A DNA stretch of 64,000 nt from an uncultured delta proteobacterium (GTDB lineage: Bacteria > Desulfobacterota > Desulfuromonadia > Geobacterales > Pseudopelobacteraceae), in the NCBI GenBank assembly GCA_963772835.1, contig CAVYYZ010000015.1, positions 31,891 through 95,890 of the forward strand. Reading direction: 5' to 3'. Both the position numbers and the translations under genes were made by a program. Below the pieces are notes generated by a model that saw only the letters and a program-made list of their open reading frames with translations, had not been told where the DNA came from and made no database searches. Shown here one piece after another: positions 39,315 to 49,557 of the stretch (position 1 is its first letter; the number at the start of each line of letters is the position of its first letter).

Positions 39315-40166
39315 TCAGGCTGCCAGTCTGAGTGCATCCGTTGCCAGAATGATGCGGTCACCCTCCAGGGTCACCGCATGCGAATTATGATCGATTATTT
39401 CGAAGAGCTTCACGTACTTCTCCACCTCAGCCACAGTCGCCGTTTTCCGGCCGTAGTACTTGCCTGACAGCGGGAACACCTCGGTTACCACCTGGTCATC
39501 ATAAATACCGAAATCGAACGAGCTGTTAATATCCCGACCGCTGATATCGTTGGCCAGGGGAAGCTCACTGCGAAACGCAACCCGCACGTCTATGCCGTCC
39601 CGGCACTGGATCAGCAGTACCTTCTGAGTTTCAGGATCTTCCATTTCATCGCGACTGATGACAAAAACCCGGGTAACGGTCACCCCTCGTTTTAAAGCCC
39701 GCAGGTTGGACTGGTAGAAGTTCATCAGAGCGCCCCGGGTGTGCCAACCGGCGGTAAGAGGGTCAACCGTCTTCAGGCGGTGCTGAGATCCGTCGGTACA
39801 TTTGCCACCTTCCAGATAATATTCAGTTTCATCGAGCGGCATATACCCTTGCTGAAGCAGATTAATTGTTCGTTTAATCCCGCACAGAATCTCCTGAGCC
39901 TTGGCCTGGCATTCAGGATCGCTTATCCCCGCAACGGCAAAGGTGATTTCGTGGGCCTGGTTATACTGGCCGGTCAGTTGGATGCGGGTGGTTTCCATCT
40001 CTTCGCGGAGCAGGTAGGTGGCCAGGGAGAGGAGCAGTCCGATGCCGAAGATACTATAGGCCGCCTCCGGATTTTTGAGCACCATATGGAAAAATATGGC
40101 CAGTCCTGAACCGGTAAGAAACTCAATGAATACTGCCATATGCTGGATTTTTCTGCTGATTTTCAT
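39315..40166 (-). CDS. Riboswitch-controlled hypothetical protein: two N-terminal TM helices plus soluble domain
   Basis: RBS AGGAGG before ATG 40166; 283 aa; RGVTVTRVFVI and FDFGIYDD motifs. Confidence 0.75.
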   Translation of the reverse strand: MKISRKIQHMAVFIEFLTGSGLAIFFHMVLKNPEAAYSIFGIGLLLSLATYLLREEMETTRIQLTGQYNQAHEITFAVAGISDPECQAKAQEILCGIKRTINLLQQGYMPLDETEYYLEGGKCTDGSQHRLKTVDPLTAGWHTRGALMNFYQSNLRALKRGVTVTRVFVISRDEMEDPETQKVLLIQCRDGIDVRVAFRSELPLANDISGRDINSSFDFGIYDDQVVTEVFPLSGKYYGRKTATVAEVEKYVKLFEIIDHNSHAVTLEGDRIILATDALRLAA

Positions 40167-40215
40167 GAAGTACCTCCTGTTGTTTGTGCAGCGCCCCGTG
40201 ACGCAGACAGGACAC

Positions 40216-40268
40216 AAAAAAGCCGGATCGCTGGCTATCGGGTTAATTGATAGTTTGGCGACCCGGCT
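40216..40268 (-). terminator. Riboswitch expression-platform terminator
   Basis: AGCCGGGTCGC (inside aptamer) pairs with GCGATCCGGCT followed by a T6 tract. Confidence 0.75.
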
Positions 40269-40330
40269 ATCTCATTGAGATCCTGGGCTTTCCGTCCCAT
40301 CCTCGCGGATGGTTTAGTAGTATCGCTATC
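40249..40330 (-). ncRNA. GEMM-I (c-di-GMP-I family) riboswitch, A20 variant typical of cyclic AMP-GMP sensors
   Basis: GATAG-CGATACTACTAAACCATCCGCGAGGATGGGACGGAAAGCC-CAGGATCTCAATGAGAT-AGCCGGGTCGCCAAA-CTATC: P1, GNRA-capped P2 and P3 all present. Confidence 0.92.
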
Positions 40331-40354
40331 GCAAGTACAGTCTTACGTGAGGGC

Positions 40355-40383
40355 ACCATACAGTGCAGCAGAAGGCCTGTCAA
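40355..40383 (-). promoter_or_regulatory. Sigma70 promoter upstream of the riboswitch
   Basis: Minus strand TTGACA-17nt-TATGGT, about 25 nt before the aptamer. Confidence 0.65.
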
Positions 40384-40496
40384 GTCAGGAAGACCTTTTA
40401 ATTATATATCACACTGAAATTATTGATTTTTTGCATTATCGCGGAGTATTATCGCCGTTGATGGATTCATATACGGCATCGTCACATGGTTACAGG

Positions 40497-40533
40497 TGAC
40501 TACAAGGCCCCGGATTTCGGGGCCTTGTAGTCA
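40497..40533. terminator. Perfect 16-bp inverted repeat downstream of cobA/hemD
   Basis: TGACTACAAGGCCCCG-GATTT-CGGGGCCTTGTAGTCA. Confidence 0.6.
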
Positions 40534-40558
40534 AGCGGGTAAGCCGATTATGCGCTGA

Positions 40559-42076
40559 TCAGCTGAAATGCGCTTCAAGTGCCACCGCCAGATCATCAAG
40601 CGTATGCCGGGCAGGCTCAACATCCACCTTCAACCCCAGATCACGGCAGCTTTTTGACGTTATAGGGCCGATGGAGGCAATGACCACCCCTTTCAGCATA
40701 TCCAGCATCAACTCTTCTCCCAGCATGGCAGCCAGATTCTGGACGGTCGATGACGACGTGAAGGTGATGCAGTCCACCGAACGTTTTTCCAGAGCAAAGA
40801 GTGTCTCGGGCGGCAGCCGTTCCGGAAAGACGTTGCGGTACGCCACCGGACTGTCCACATGTGCCCCCATCCTCATCAGCTCCCGGGTGATGACGTCCCG
40901 GGCCTTGTCGGCCCGGGGGAAAAGGATCCGTGTATTATGCAAATCCAGTCGGGAGAATTCATCAACGACACCTTCCGCTTTATAATCGGCCGGTACAAGA
41001 TCGGGACGTATACCAAAGCGTAGAATCTCATGTGCCGTTTTTGGGCCGACAGCACAAATCCGGCAGCCCACCAGTGCCCGGGCATCCAGCCCCAGAGCTT
41101 CCATCCGCTGGAAAAAATAACGCACGGCGTTGCCTGATGTCAGCACCAGCCAGTCATACTCGGGCAGATCACGAATCGCCAGGTCGAGCAGCTGCCAGCT
41201 CTCCGGTTCCACCAGACGGATGGTGGGGCATTCAAGCACCGTGGCACCGCGTGCCGCCAGCTTGAATGAAAATTCACCGGCCTGATCGGCGGCTCTGGTG
41301 ACAACAATCTTTCTCCCGCAGAGCGGCCGCGTGTCAAACCATTGCAGTTTTTCCCGCAGTGCTACCACTTCGCCGACGATAGTGACGGCAGGAGGCTTGA
41401 AGCCGCACTCTTCCGCCCGATCAGCAATATCGGCCAGCGTACCGACCAGCACCTGCTGACAGGGAGTTGTTGCCCATCGTACCAGTGCTACCGGAGTATC
41501 GGGGTGGCGGCCATGCTCCACCATCCGCTGCATATTGCGCCGTAATGCGGTGACACCCATATAAAACACTACCGTACCGCCCCCTAATGAGAGACGATCC
41601 CAGTCAATATTCGATTCACCCTTCTCTTTCCCTTCCTGTCCGGTGACAAACGCAACCGAGGCGGTTATATCCCGATGGGTAAGTGGAATGCCGGCGTATG
41701 CAGAGGCTCCGACAGCGGCGGTTACTCCTGGAACAACCTCAAAAGGGATGCCGGCATCGCGCAGCGCTTCACACTCTTCCCCGCCGCGTCCAAAAACAAA
41801 GGGATCGCCCCCCTTCAGGCGCACAACGATCTTTCCTTCCCTTCCTTTTTGAACCAGCAGGCTGTTTATTTCATCCTGCCCCTGATTATGCCGGCCTCCG
41901 ATTTTACCGGCATAAATGCGTTCGGCACTCTCCGGGGCATGGTTCAGCAGCAGTTCGTTCGCCAGATAGTCGTACACAACCACTTCGGCTCTTTGCAGAC
42001 ATTCCACGCCGCGCAGCGTAATCAGCGACGGGTCGCCGGGTCCGGCACCCACCAGATAGACGATTCCGTTACTCAC
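40559..42076 (-). CDS. hemD: Bifunctional uroporphyrinogen-III C-methyltransferase / uroporphyrinogen-III synthase (CobA-HemD)
   Basis: VYLVGAGPGDP, RLKGGDPFVFGRGGEE; C-terminal VVTRA, FTSSSTV, IGPITS; GTG start overlapping hemC stop. Confidence 0.93.
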   Translation of the reverse strand: MSNGIVYLVGAGPGDPSLITLRGVECLQRAEVVVYDYLANELLLNHAPESAERIYAGKIGGRHNQGQDEINSLLVQKGREGKIVVRLKGGDPFVFGRGGEECEALRDAGIPFEVVPGVTAAVGASAYAGIPLTHRDITASVAFVTGQEGKEKGESNIDWDRLSLGGGTVVFYMGVTALRRNMQRMVEHGRHPDTPVALVRWATTPCQQVLVGTLADIADRAEECGFKPPAVTIVGEVVALREKLQWFDTRPLCGRKIVVTRAADQAGEFSFKLAARGATVLECPTIRLVEPESWQLLDLAIRDLPEYDWLVLTSGNAVRYFFQRMEALGLDARALVGCRICAVGPKTAHEILRFGIRPDLVPADYKAEGVVDEFSRLDLHNTRILFPRADKARDVITRELMRMGAHVDSPVAYRNVFPERLPPETLFALEKRSVDCITFTSSSTVQNLAAMLGEELMLDMLKGVVIASIGPITSKSCRDLGLKVDVEPARHTLDDLAVALEAHFS

Positions 42077-43007
42077 CGATTGTCCTCTGATATACCTCTT
42101 CCAGAATCGCCTTGCCACCTTCGGCAAGCAGCTGATCTGCCAGACGGATGCCTAATTGAGTGCATTCGGCAACCGGGCCGCTGATTTCTCCGCGGACAGA
42201 GCGCTGTCCGTCGACTGCGGCGATGAAACCGACCAGTCGCAGCTGACCATCAGTGACCGTCCCGTGGGCGGCAATCGGCACCTGACAGCCGCCTTCGCAG
42301 CGTTTGAGCAGGGCGCGTTCAGCCCGGACTGCGTGACTGGTGTCGGCATGATTAAAAAAGGCGATCGTTTCGGTTATGACCGGATCGGCCAGGCGGCATT
42401 CGATACCTAACGCACCCTGACCGATGGCCGGGATAGAGAGGTCGACATCAAGATATTCACCGACACTGTCCGTAAAACCGAGCCGTTTCAGACCGGCGGC
42501 GGCCAGAATAACCGCGTCAAGGTTGTCTTCGGTAAGTTTCCTGATACGGGTTTCCACGTTGCCGCGAATCATGACCATCTGCAGGTCGGGGCGCACCTTC
42601 AGGAGCTGGGCCTGCCGGCGGAGAGCACTGGTACCGATGCGGGCTCCCTGCGGGAGGTCGGCAAATTTCACCTGGCGTGAGATCACGGCATCACGCGGGT
42701 CTTCGCGTTCCGTAATGCAGTACAGTCCCAATCCTTCAGGAAAGTCGGTCGGCACGTCCTTCATGCTGTGTACTGCGATGTCGATCTCGCCCCGCAGCAT
42801 GGCTTCCTCGATCTCCTTGACGAACAGCCCTTTACCGCCAACCTGTGCTAACGGGACATCAAGAATCTTGTCACCGATCGTCTTTATTTTGGTCAGCGTT
42901 ACTTCCATTCCCGGATAACGCTTCTCCAATTCAGATTTTACCCAGTTGGCCTGCCAGAGGGCCAGTTGGCTGGCGCGGGTTCCGATACGTAATTTCTTGG
43001 GGGGCAT
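42069..43007 (-). CDS. hemC: Hydroxymethylbilane synthase
   Basis: IGTRASQLALWQ, GKGLFVKEIE, VHSMKDVP, RGNVETR, EGGCQVPI. Confidence 0.97.
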   Translation of the reverse strand: MPPKKLRIGTRASQLALWQANWVKSELEKRYPGMEVTLTKIKTIGDKILDVPLAQVGGKGLFVKEIEEAMLRGEIDIAVHSMKDVPTDFPEGLGLYCITEREDPRDAVISRQVKFADLPQGARIGTSALRRQAQLLKVRPDLQMVMIRGNVETRIRKLTEDNLDAVILAAAGLKRLGFTDSVGEYLDVDLSIPAIGQGALGIECRLADPVITETIAFFNHADTSHAVRAERALLKRCEGGCQVPIAAHGTVTDGQLRLVGFIAAVDGQRSVRGEISGPVAECTQLGIRLADQLLAEGGKAILEEVYQRTIGE

Positions 43008-43056
43008 ACTGTTCTCCATTTCCTGAGTTTATATGAAGTTCATACTGTTTTCAGCT

Positions 43057-43749
43057 TTAGACAATAACCGGCAGTCGCTCGGTAAGCACAATTTCCTCCG
43101 GTGTCACCAGCGCTCGATACGCCAGCGCCTCAACACCGTTCTCCAGAGCCAGCCGCAGAAGCCGGCCATATTCCGGGTCGATGGTGTCGGCGGGAGAAAC
43201 GGAGGTGCCATCTCCACGCTGGACAGTGAAAAAGATCACACCGCGATCGCCTTCGCGCACTACCCGCATCAACTCCTGCAGGTGCTTTTGACCACGGGTT
43301 GTAACGGCGTCCGGGAACAGCGCCCGACCATCCTCAACCAGGGTGACGTTTTTAACCTCGACATAGCAGCGGCCGGTCGGACCTTCCAGCAGCAGATCGA
43401 TTCGGCTATGCTCGCCATAAGGCACCTCGGGACGGATAGTTGCATATCCCTGCAACTCGCGGACCGTGCCGTTTTCAATCGCCTCACGGGTCAGCCGATT
43501 CGGCAGTCCGGTATTTATACCGGCCCAGAAACCGTCTGCCAGAACCAATTCCCAGCCAAGGGGATACTTCCGTTCCAGGTTGGGACTGCGGGAAAGCAGT
43601 ACCCGGCTGCCAGGTACCGCACACCCTTTCATGCTGCCTGAATTCGGGCAGTGGACAGTAACTTCACTTCCGTCCTCAAGCAGTACATCCGCCAGGAAAC
43701 GCTTATAACGCTTGATCAGAGTCCCTGCGACCAGCGGCGGCAGGAGCAT
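43057..43749 (-). CDS. sfsA: DNA/RNA nuclease SfsA
   Basis: RYKRFLADV, HCPNSGSM, SRIDLLL, YVEVKNVTL, FPDAVTTRGQKHL. Confidence 0.93.
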   Translation of the reverse strand: MLLPPLVAGTLIKRYKRFLADVLLEDGSEVTVHCPNSGSMKGCAVPGSRVLLSRSPNLERKYPLGWELVLADGFWAGINTGLPNRLTREAIENGTVRELQGYATIRPEVPYGEHSRIDLLLEGPTGRCYVEVKNVTLVEDGRALFPDAVTTRGQKHLQELMRVVREGDRGVIFFTVQRGDGTSVSPADTIDPEYGRLLRLALENGVEALAYRALVTPEEIVLTERLPVIV

Positions 43750-45053
43750 TATTCTTCCAGTTCCAGCTCTTCATCGTCCCGCTGCAGCGCTTCCAGTTCA
43801 AAAAGCTGACGGAGAGCGTCGACATACAGATCAACTCTTCCCCCCTGTCCGGACTGCTTGAGGGCCGACGTCGGAGCGTGAAGAAGCTTGTTCATCATTG
43901 CGAGCGTAAGCGATTCCAGCCGTTTCCCGGCGTCAGGAGGCAAATCCTTCCACCCGGCGATGGTTTTTTCGAGCTCCGCCCGGCGGATTTCGTCAAACCG
44001 GTTACGCAGGGCAACAATGGTGGGAGTTACTTCCAGAGTCGAAAGCCATTTGTGAAACTGGCCGATCTCCTGATCGATGATCTCTTCGGCTTTCTCTGCC
44101 TCTACGCTCCGCTGGGCCAGATTGGCCTGGACGATCTCCTGCAGATGGTCAACGGTAAACAGGTAGGCATTCTCGACATCATCGACTTTGGGGTCGATAT
44201 CGCGCGGCACCGCTATATCAATAAAAAAGATCGGTTTGAATCGGCGCCGTTTGACGACCTCTTCGGCATCCTTCGGCCCGATAATGCAGTGCGGGGCTCC
44301 GGTGGACGACAGTATAATATCAGCCCGGTGGAGATGCTCTAGAAATGACTCAAAGCGGATCGCCTCTCCGCCAAACTCCTCAGCCAGACGTTCCGCCCTT
44401 TCAAAGGTGCGGTTGGTAACCATCACCCCTTTTGCGCCGCTGTTAAGGAAGTGCTTGGCAGCCAGTTCACACATCTCACCGGCTCCTATCAGCATGACAG
44501 TCTTATCAGACAGATCACCCAGAATTTTTTTCGCCAGTTCTACGGCGGCGAATGCAACGGAAACGGCCGAAGAAGCTATTTTTGTTTCGGTACGCACTCG
44601 CTTGGCAACCGAAAACGCTTTATGAAGAAAACGGTTGAGAATAATCCCTGATGATTTGTATTCAGCGGCATAGCCGTAGGAGGTTTTGATCTGCCCCAGG
44701 ATCTGTGGTTCACCGACGATCATCGAATCAAGGCTGGATGCCACCCGGAATACGTGGCGGATAGCCGCCTCCGCATGATAACTGTACAGATGCGACTCGA
44801 GCGTTTCAAACGCCAGATGATGATATTCGGCCATAAACCGTTTGATTCGGGCGATACCGCCGGCAATGTCGCGGGTCGTGGCATAAATCTCGACCCGGTT
44901 GCAGGTAGAGACAATTACCCCCTCAATTATGCCCTCAAGCAAAATCAATTCAGCCAACGGCTTTTCAATCTGATTGGGAGAAAAGGCCACTTTTTCACGG
45001 ATCTCAACTGTAGCAGTTTTGTGAGAGAGGCCGACAACGATGATATTCATCAA
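43749..45053 (-). CDS. hemA: Glutamyl-tRNA reductase
   Basis: [35 protein letters not shown]. Confidence 0.97.
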   Translation of the reverse strand: MMNIIVVGLSHKTATVEIREKVAFSPNQIEKPLAELILLEGIIEGVIVSTCNRVEIYATTRDIAGGIARIKRFMAEYHHLAFETLESHLYSYHAEAAIRHVFRVASSLDSMIVGEPQILGQIKTSYGYAAEYKSSGIILNRFLHKAFSVAKRVRTETKIASSAVSVAFAAVELAKKILGDLSDKTVMLIGAGEMCELAAKHFLNSGAKGVMVTNRTFERAERLAEEFGGEAIRFESFLEHLHRADIILSSTGAPHCIIGPKDAEEVVKRRRFKPIFFIDIAVPRDIDPKVDDVENAYLFTVDHLQEIVQANLAQRSVEAEKAEEIIDQEIGQFHKWLSTLEVTPTIVALRNRFDEIRRAELEKTIAGWKDLPPDAGKRLESLTLAMMNKLLHAPTSALKQSGQGGRVDLYVDALRQLFELEALQRDDEELELEE

Positions 45054-45108
45054 TGATTCCGTTTCATTGTTTCATGAATTGTTCGTAGAGTCGCAACAAG
45101 GCGCGTCT

Positions 45109-45909
45109 CTACCATGTGATGCTGTGCTTCATACCGAAAAACGTAAACAGGACGACGATGAAGCCGATAATTGACAGGATGGCGGCCCGCTTTCCGCGCC
45201 AGCCGATGGTGATACGGCCATGCAGGAGCGCTGCATAGATAAACCAGATAATCAGTGACCAGGTCTGCTTGCGGTCCCATATCCAATAGCTTCCCATCGC
45301 CTGATCTGACCAGATGGAGCCCGATATGATGGCGACGGTTAAAAGCGGCCAGCCGACGGTTAGACAGCGATAACTGATATCGTCCATCGTTTCAAGTGAC
45401 GGGAGCTTCTGAAACAGTGCTCCAAAGTGTTTCGTTTTAAGAAAATATCTCTGGATCAGGTACATGACGGCAACACCGGCAGCAATGGTAAAGCAGGCAT
45501 AACTGGCAAAGGCCAGCAGGGCGTGGAACCAGAACCAGTTGCTCTGCAGAATGGGAGGAAGCTGGCGCACCTCCGCATGCAGCGTACTTGAGGCGAGCAA
45601 CATCATCAATGCAACCGGAATAATAAAAGATCCGAGCGTTGTGACCTTGTATCTCCGTTCGAAAAAAATAAAACCGCCAACGACTGCCAGGCTAAAGAAT
45701 GACAATGATTCCTGCATATTGGTGAGAGGCAGATATCTCATATTAACGGCAAGATGGATTGTGGAAAGCAGGTGTGCGGTGAAACCGGCGGCGAGAATGC
45801 GGCCTGCCCAGAGCGTCAACTGTGGTGAAGTGCGCAGCAGGCAGGCCAGATATGCCGCAGTAGCACAGCCATATAAAGCAACGGTCAGTATGAAAAACAT
45901 GTGTGTCAT
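45109..45909 (-). CDS. ccsB: Cytochrome c biogenesis protein (CcsA/CcsB, system II)
   Basis: TM helices; WWD-type GSIWSDQAMGSYWIWDRKQTW; conserved His. Confidence 0.85.
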   Translation of the reverse strand: MTHMFFILTVALYGCATAAYLACLLRTSPQLTLWAGRILAAGFTAHLLSTIHLAVNMRYLPLTNMQESLSFFSLAVVGGFIFFERRYKVTTLGSFIIPVALMMLLASSTLHAEVRQLPPILQSNWFWFHALLAFASYACFTIAAGVAVMYLIQRYFLKTKHFGALFQKLPSLETMDDISYRCLTVGWPLLTVAIISGSIWSDQAMGSYWIWDRKQTWSLIIWFIYAALLHGRITIGWRGKRAAILSIIGFIVVLFTFFGMKHSITW

Positions 45910-46502
45910 GGCGCTGGTTCCTTGCGTTCATTGGGCTGGGCGATCAGGCGCCTGGCAAGCGAGCGTAAAACCTCCGTATTGTATGTGCTGGGACTCCCGT
46001 TCGTCAACAGCTTTTCTCGTTCCGTGGCCAGTTGCTGGAGGAGGACACCGTATTCCGTACCGATCAGTTCGGCAATACGATCCCGCACGTCTACTGCAAA
46101 GGTCGGACAGCTGCCGCCGGTGGATACGGCTATTTCCAGATCACCGCGCCGCAGGATTGCAGGAAAAGTACAGTCTCCGGCTGCAGGATTGTCGGCGGCC
46201 GAAATCAGAATTCCACGGGCACGTGCAGTGACACAGACCTGTTCGTTCACCAGGACATCATTCGTAGCTGCGACCACCAGAAACGCATGATCCAGATCGG
46301 ACTCGGCGTATCTCCCGATTTTGACTTCAAACTCACCTGAGCACTCCATAGCGGCAATGTCACTACAGATTTCCTTCGCCACCAACCGTACTAATGCACC
46401 AGCTGCCAACAGGGTACGGAGTTTGCGCAAAGCAACCGTGCCGCCACCAATTATAACCGCCAGTCTGCCCTGCATCCGTATGTTAAGCGACAGCGTAGAC
46501 AT
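45906..46502 (-). CDS. Precorrin-2 dehydrogenase / sirohydrochlorin ferrochelatase (CysG N-terminal/SirC-like)
   Basis: IIGGGTVALRK, VVAATND, IAVSTGG.CP. Confidence 0.9.
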   Translation of the reverse strand: MSTLSLNIRMQGRLAVIIGGGTVALRKLRTLLAAGALVRLVAKEICSDIAAMECSGEFEVKIGRYAESDLDHAFLVVAATNDVLVNEQVCVTARARGILISAADNPAAGDCTFPAILRRGDLEIAVSTGGSCPTFAVDVRDRIAELIGTEYGVLLQQLATEREKLLTNGSPSTYNTEVLRSLARRLIAQPNERKEPAP

Positions 46503-46659
46503 GCTTCGTTCCCCCGTGAGGCGCCATCATACTCTCCTCGTGCTCCCTTTTCAATGATATGCACAGACGATATGAAGCGCACCGAGTTTGCTCTTGATTT
46601 TTTCACCGGCTGGTATATCATCCGAAAATACTTATTAAGTAATCAAAGGAGAACTACAG

Positions 46660-46989
46660 ATGGCCAGTGAAAACGTAATCGCATTCACCGATGAAAATTT
46701 TGACCGTGAAGTGCTGCAGTCCAACATCCCGGTGCTTGTTGATTTCTGGGCTACATGGTGTGCACCATGTAAGGCGATTGCACCGCTTATTGATACCATA
46801 GCAGATGAATATGCCGGAAAAATCAAAGTCGGCAAGGTAAATGTTGATGAAAACCAGGCTACTCCGGGTAAATACGGCGTTCGGGGTATTCCTACCATAA
46901 TATTGTTCAAGAATGGCACAGTACTTGAGCAGATTGTCGGAGCGGTTCCGAAGTCGCAGATAGACGCACTGATTGCAAAAGCGCTTTAG
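46660..46989 (+). CDS. trxA: Thioredoxin
   Basis: [16 protein letters not shown]. Confidence 0.95.
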   Translation: MASENVIAFTDENFDREVLQSNIPVLVDFWATWCAPCKAIAPLIDTIADEYAGKIKVGKVNVDENQATPGKYGVRGIPTIILFKNGTVLEQIVGAVPKSQIDALIAKAL

Positions 46990-46994
46990 GGGCT

Positions 46995-47513
46995 GTGAAA
47001 TCCATAGCTTTTTTTACCAGAATTCTGCTGGTCACCATAGCCGCATCATTCCTGTTCGTGCCCTGTCCGGTTGATGCGGCTCCCCGACCGGGGCAATCCG
47101 CCCCGAACTTCAACGTTATATCCATGACAGGACAGACGATATCCATGGATAACTACCGTGGTTACGTACTGATAGTTGATTTTTTTGCCACCTGGTGCCA
47201 GCCATGCCGTCAGTCAATTCCGCATCTGGTGGAAATGAACCGTACGTATGGGCGGCAGGGTCTGCAGATACTCGGCCTGAGTGTAAACGAGGGGGGGGAG
47301 GATGCTGTCAAGGCGTTTGCTGACGAGTTCCGGGTCAATTATCCACTGGCATTGGCAGGAGATTCGACTACGGTTGATTTTGGTGTCCGATCGGTACCGG
47401 TCATGTATCTGATCGATAAAAAGGGGAAAGTAGCCGAGATATATCGCGGTTTTTCCGGCGAGATCGCACGCTCACTGGAACAGTCAATCAAACGTCTTCT
47501 GGCAGAGAAGTGA
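46995..47513 (+). CDS. TlpA/ResA-family disulfide reductase
   Basis: Signal/TM, APNF, FFATWCQPC, SVP..YLIDKKG. Confidence 0.88.
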   Translation: MKSIAFFTRILLVTIAASFLFVPCPVDAAPRPGQSAPNFNVISMTGQTISMDNYRGYVLIVDFFATWCQPCRQSIPHLVEMNRTYGRQGLQILGLSVNEGGEDAVKAFADEFRVNYPLALAGDSTTVDFGVRSVPVMYLIDKKGKVAEIYRGFSGEIARSLEQSIKRLLAEK

Positions 47514-48255
47514 ATTCCTCGGGATACACGACCTTCATCAGGCATAATCCGCATGCAGGGGCCGTACTGCCGGCCTCTTTTCTATCCCCCCTCTGCAACA
47601 GCCTGTCAATATCTGATGGCATGAAGCGCCCTTTTCCGATATCCACAAGTGTACCAACCATTACCCGCACCATATTTTTGAGAAACCCGCCGCCGGTAAC
47701 ATCAATTATTATTCGGGAGCCCTGCCGGGTTATCTGAACAGAATCGATTCGCCTGACGGTAGTCTTGGCAACGCAGTTGGACGCTCGGAACGCTGCAAAA
47801 TCATGACTCCCGACAAAACGGCCCGCGGCTTCCATCATTGCGACAAGATCAAGCGTCTCGCGAACCTGCCAGCTGTACAACCTGTCGAGCGGTGAACGAA
47901 CGGAGGAGTTGATGATGGTATAGCGGTACTGCTTGGCATGTGCCATGGTAATCGGCTTGAATCCCTCCGGTACCATGCGGGCATTCTGGACGGCTATGTC
48001 GGGGGGAAGAAAGCGGTTCGCTCCTTCCACAAAGGCCCGTAACGGAAGGTTTTTGGCAGTTGTAAAGGAGGCCGCCATCGCATGGGCATGTACACCGGCA
48101 TCGGTCCGTCCTGAAGAGCGTATCTGTACACGCTCCTTCAGCAGTTGCTCAAGGGCGTCTTCAACAACCTGCTGCACCGCCAGCCCGTTCGGCTGAACCT
48201 GCCAACCGGAATAGTTCGTGCCGTCGTAGGCAATTGTCAATAATACGGTCGGCAT
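47488..48255 (-). CDS. truA: tRNA pseudouridine(38-40) synthase
   Basis: AYDGTNYSGWQ, SGRTDAGVHA, FLKNMVR..VGTL, APACGLCL. Confidence 0.95.
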   Translation of the reverse strand: MPTVLLTIAYDGTNYSGWQVQPNGLAVQQVVEDALEQLLKERVQIRSSGRTDAGVHAHAMAASFTTAKNLPLRAFVEGANRFLPPDIAVQNARMVPEGFKPITMAHAKQYRYTIINSSVRSPLDRLYSWQVRETLDLVAMMEAAGRFVGSHDFAAFRASNCVAKTTVRRIDSVQITRQGSRIIIDVTGGGFLKNMVRVMVGTLVDIGKGRFMPSDIDRLLQRGDRKEAGSTAPACGLCLMKVVYPEEFTSLPEDV

Positions 48256-48256
48256 C

Positions 48257-49147
48257 CTATCTTCCGGAATCTTCTGATGCCAACTCAATCAAGCTGTCAA
48301 GTCCGGACGCATCCAGATGATATGTTTTACGGCAGAATTCGCAGGTCACTTCGGCGCCGTTTTCCTTTTCCCGCATATCCCGCAACTCCTCTCTCCCCAG
48401 GGTGAGAAGGGCTCGCTCGACCTTCTCCAAACCGCACCCGCAGCGGAAGAAAATCTCGTGAGATTCCAGGACCGTATACGGTATGTCACCGAATAGCTCC
48501 CGGATAACCCCCTCAGCACCTCCAGCTTCAAGAAGTCCGGATAATGAGGGAAGTCCTGCGATCCGGGCCATGATCGAATCTATTTCAACAGCATCGGCCT
48601 TTGGAAGTGCCTGTACCAGAAAACCGCCGCAGGTGGCAATCAGCCCGTCATCGGCAAGAGTTGCGCCCAACCCGACTGCGGACGGTGTCTGCTCGGAGTC
48701 AGTCAGATAATATGCCAGATCTTCACCGATCTCACTGCTGACCAGCTGCACCACCCCCTGATAGGGCTGCCCCCCGGCGCCAAGATCCTTGGAAACGGTC
48801 AGGAATCCGGCCCTGCCGATCAGCCCCGCCACATTCCATTTTCCATTCACCGCTTCAAGATCAGCGGCGGGATTTCCGGCACAGCCGCGAACCGCCCCAT
48901 CACTGTCAGCTTCAATGATCATCTTGCGAAGCGGGCCGTTCCCTTCAAATTTGAGGGCGGTACGCTGCCCCCCCTTGAGAAGAGCGCCCATCAAAGCCCC
49001 CCCCGCCAAACCGCGGGAAAGGGCAATACTCGCTGTCGCGGAAGCCTGTTGTAGTCCGCAGATTTCACGTGCCAGACCGCCGGCATTACACACAAGAACT
49101 CTAATTCCGCCCGACAGGCATAACGCCCGAACAATCTGATCTGCCAT
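48257..49147 (-). CDS. hslO: Hsp33 redox chaperone
   Basis: YQGVV, YLTDSEQTPS, GGFLVQALP, CGC...CEFC zinc motif. Confidence 0.93.
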   Translation of the reverse strand: MADQIVRALCLSGGIRVLVCNAGGLAREICGLQQASATASIALSRGLAGGALMGALLKGGQRTALKFEGNGPLRKMIIEADSDGAVRGCAGNPAADLEAVNGKWNVAGLIGRAGFLTVSKDLGAGGQPYQGVVQLVSSEIGEDLAYYLTDSEQTPSAVGLGATLADDGLIATCGGFLVQALPKADAVEIDSIMARIAGLPSLSGLLEAGGAEGVIRELFGDIPYTVLESHEIFFRCGCGLEKVERALLTLGREELRDMREKENGAEVTCEFCRKTYHLDASGLDSLIELASEDSGR

Positions 49148-49231
49148 ATGAAATGATCCCTCGTAATAAATTATGCGTTAGGTGTGAACTCTATCTACTG
49201 CGCACTGTTTTTATACTACTACAGCAGGCAC

Positions 49232-49265
49232 AAAAAAAGCCGCATCTTTCGATGCGGCTTTTTTT
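49232..49265. terminator. Intrinsic terminator
   Basis: A7-GCCGCATC-TTTC-GATGCGGC-T7. Confidence 0.8.
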
Positions 49266-49284
49266 ACTGTTCGCTGGTAGCGAA

Positions 49285-49518
49285 TTACTTTGCAGCAGGA
49301 GCAGCAGCTTCTTCTTTCTTCTCAGCTTTTTTTGCTTTTTTTGCTTTTTTTGCTTTCTTAGCAGGCTTAGCTTCTTTCTTTGCGTCAGCAGCAGGAGCAG
49401 CAGCGGCAGCAGGAGCAGCAGCAGGAGCAGCAGGCTTAGCAGCATCAGCAGCGAAAACTACTGCGGAGAAGGAAACAGCTACGAGGGCGGCAACGATTGT
49501 GGACAGAACTTTTTTCAT
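49285..49518 (-). CDS. Small secreted Ala/Lys/Pro-rich low-complexity protein
   Basis: RBS GGAGG; signal peptide MKKVLSTIVAALVAVSFSAVVFA; (AKK)n repeats. Confidence 0.85.
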   Translation of the reverse strand: MKKVLSTIVAALVAVSFSAVVFAADAAKPAAPAAAPAAAAAPAADAKKEAKPAKKAKKAKKAKKAEKKEEAAAPAAK

Positions 49519-49557
49519 GGGTAATACCTCCAAATGGAATATGTTTGATTTTGATAA

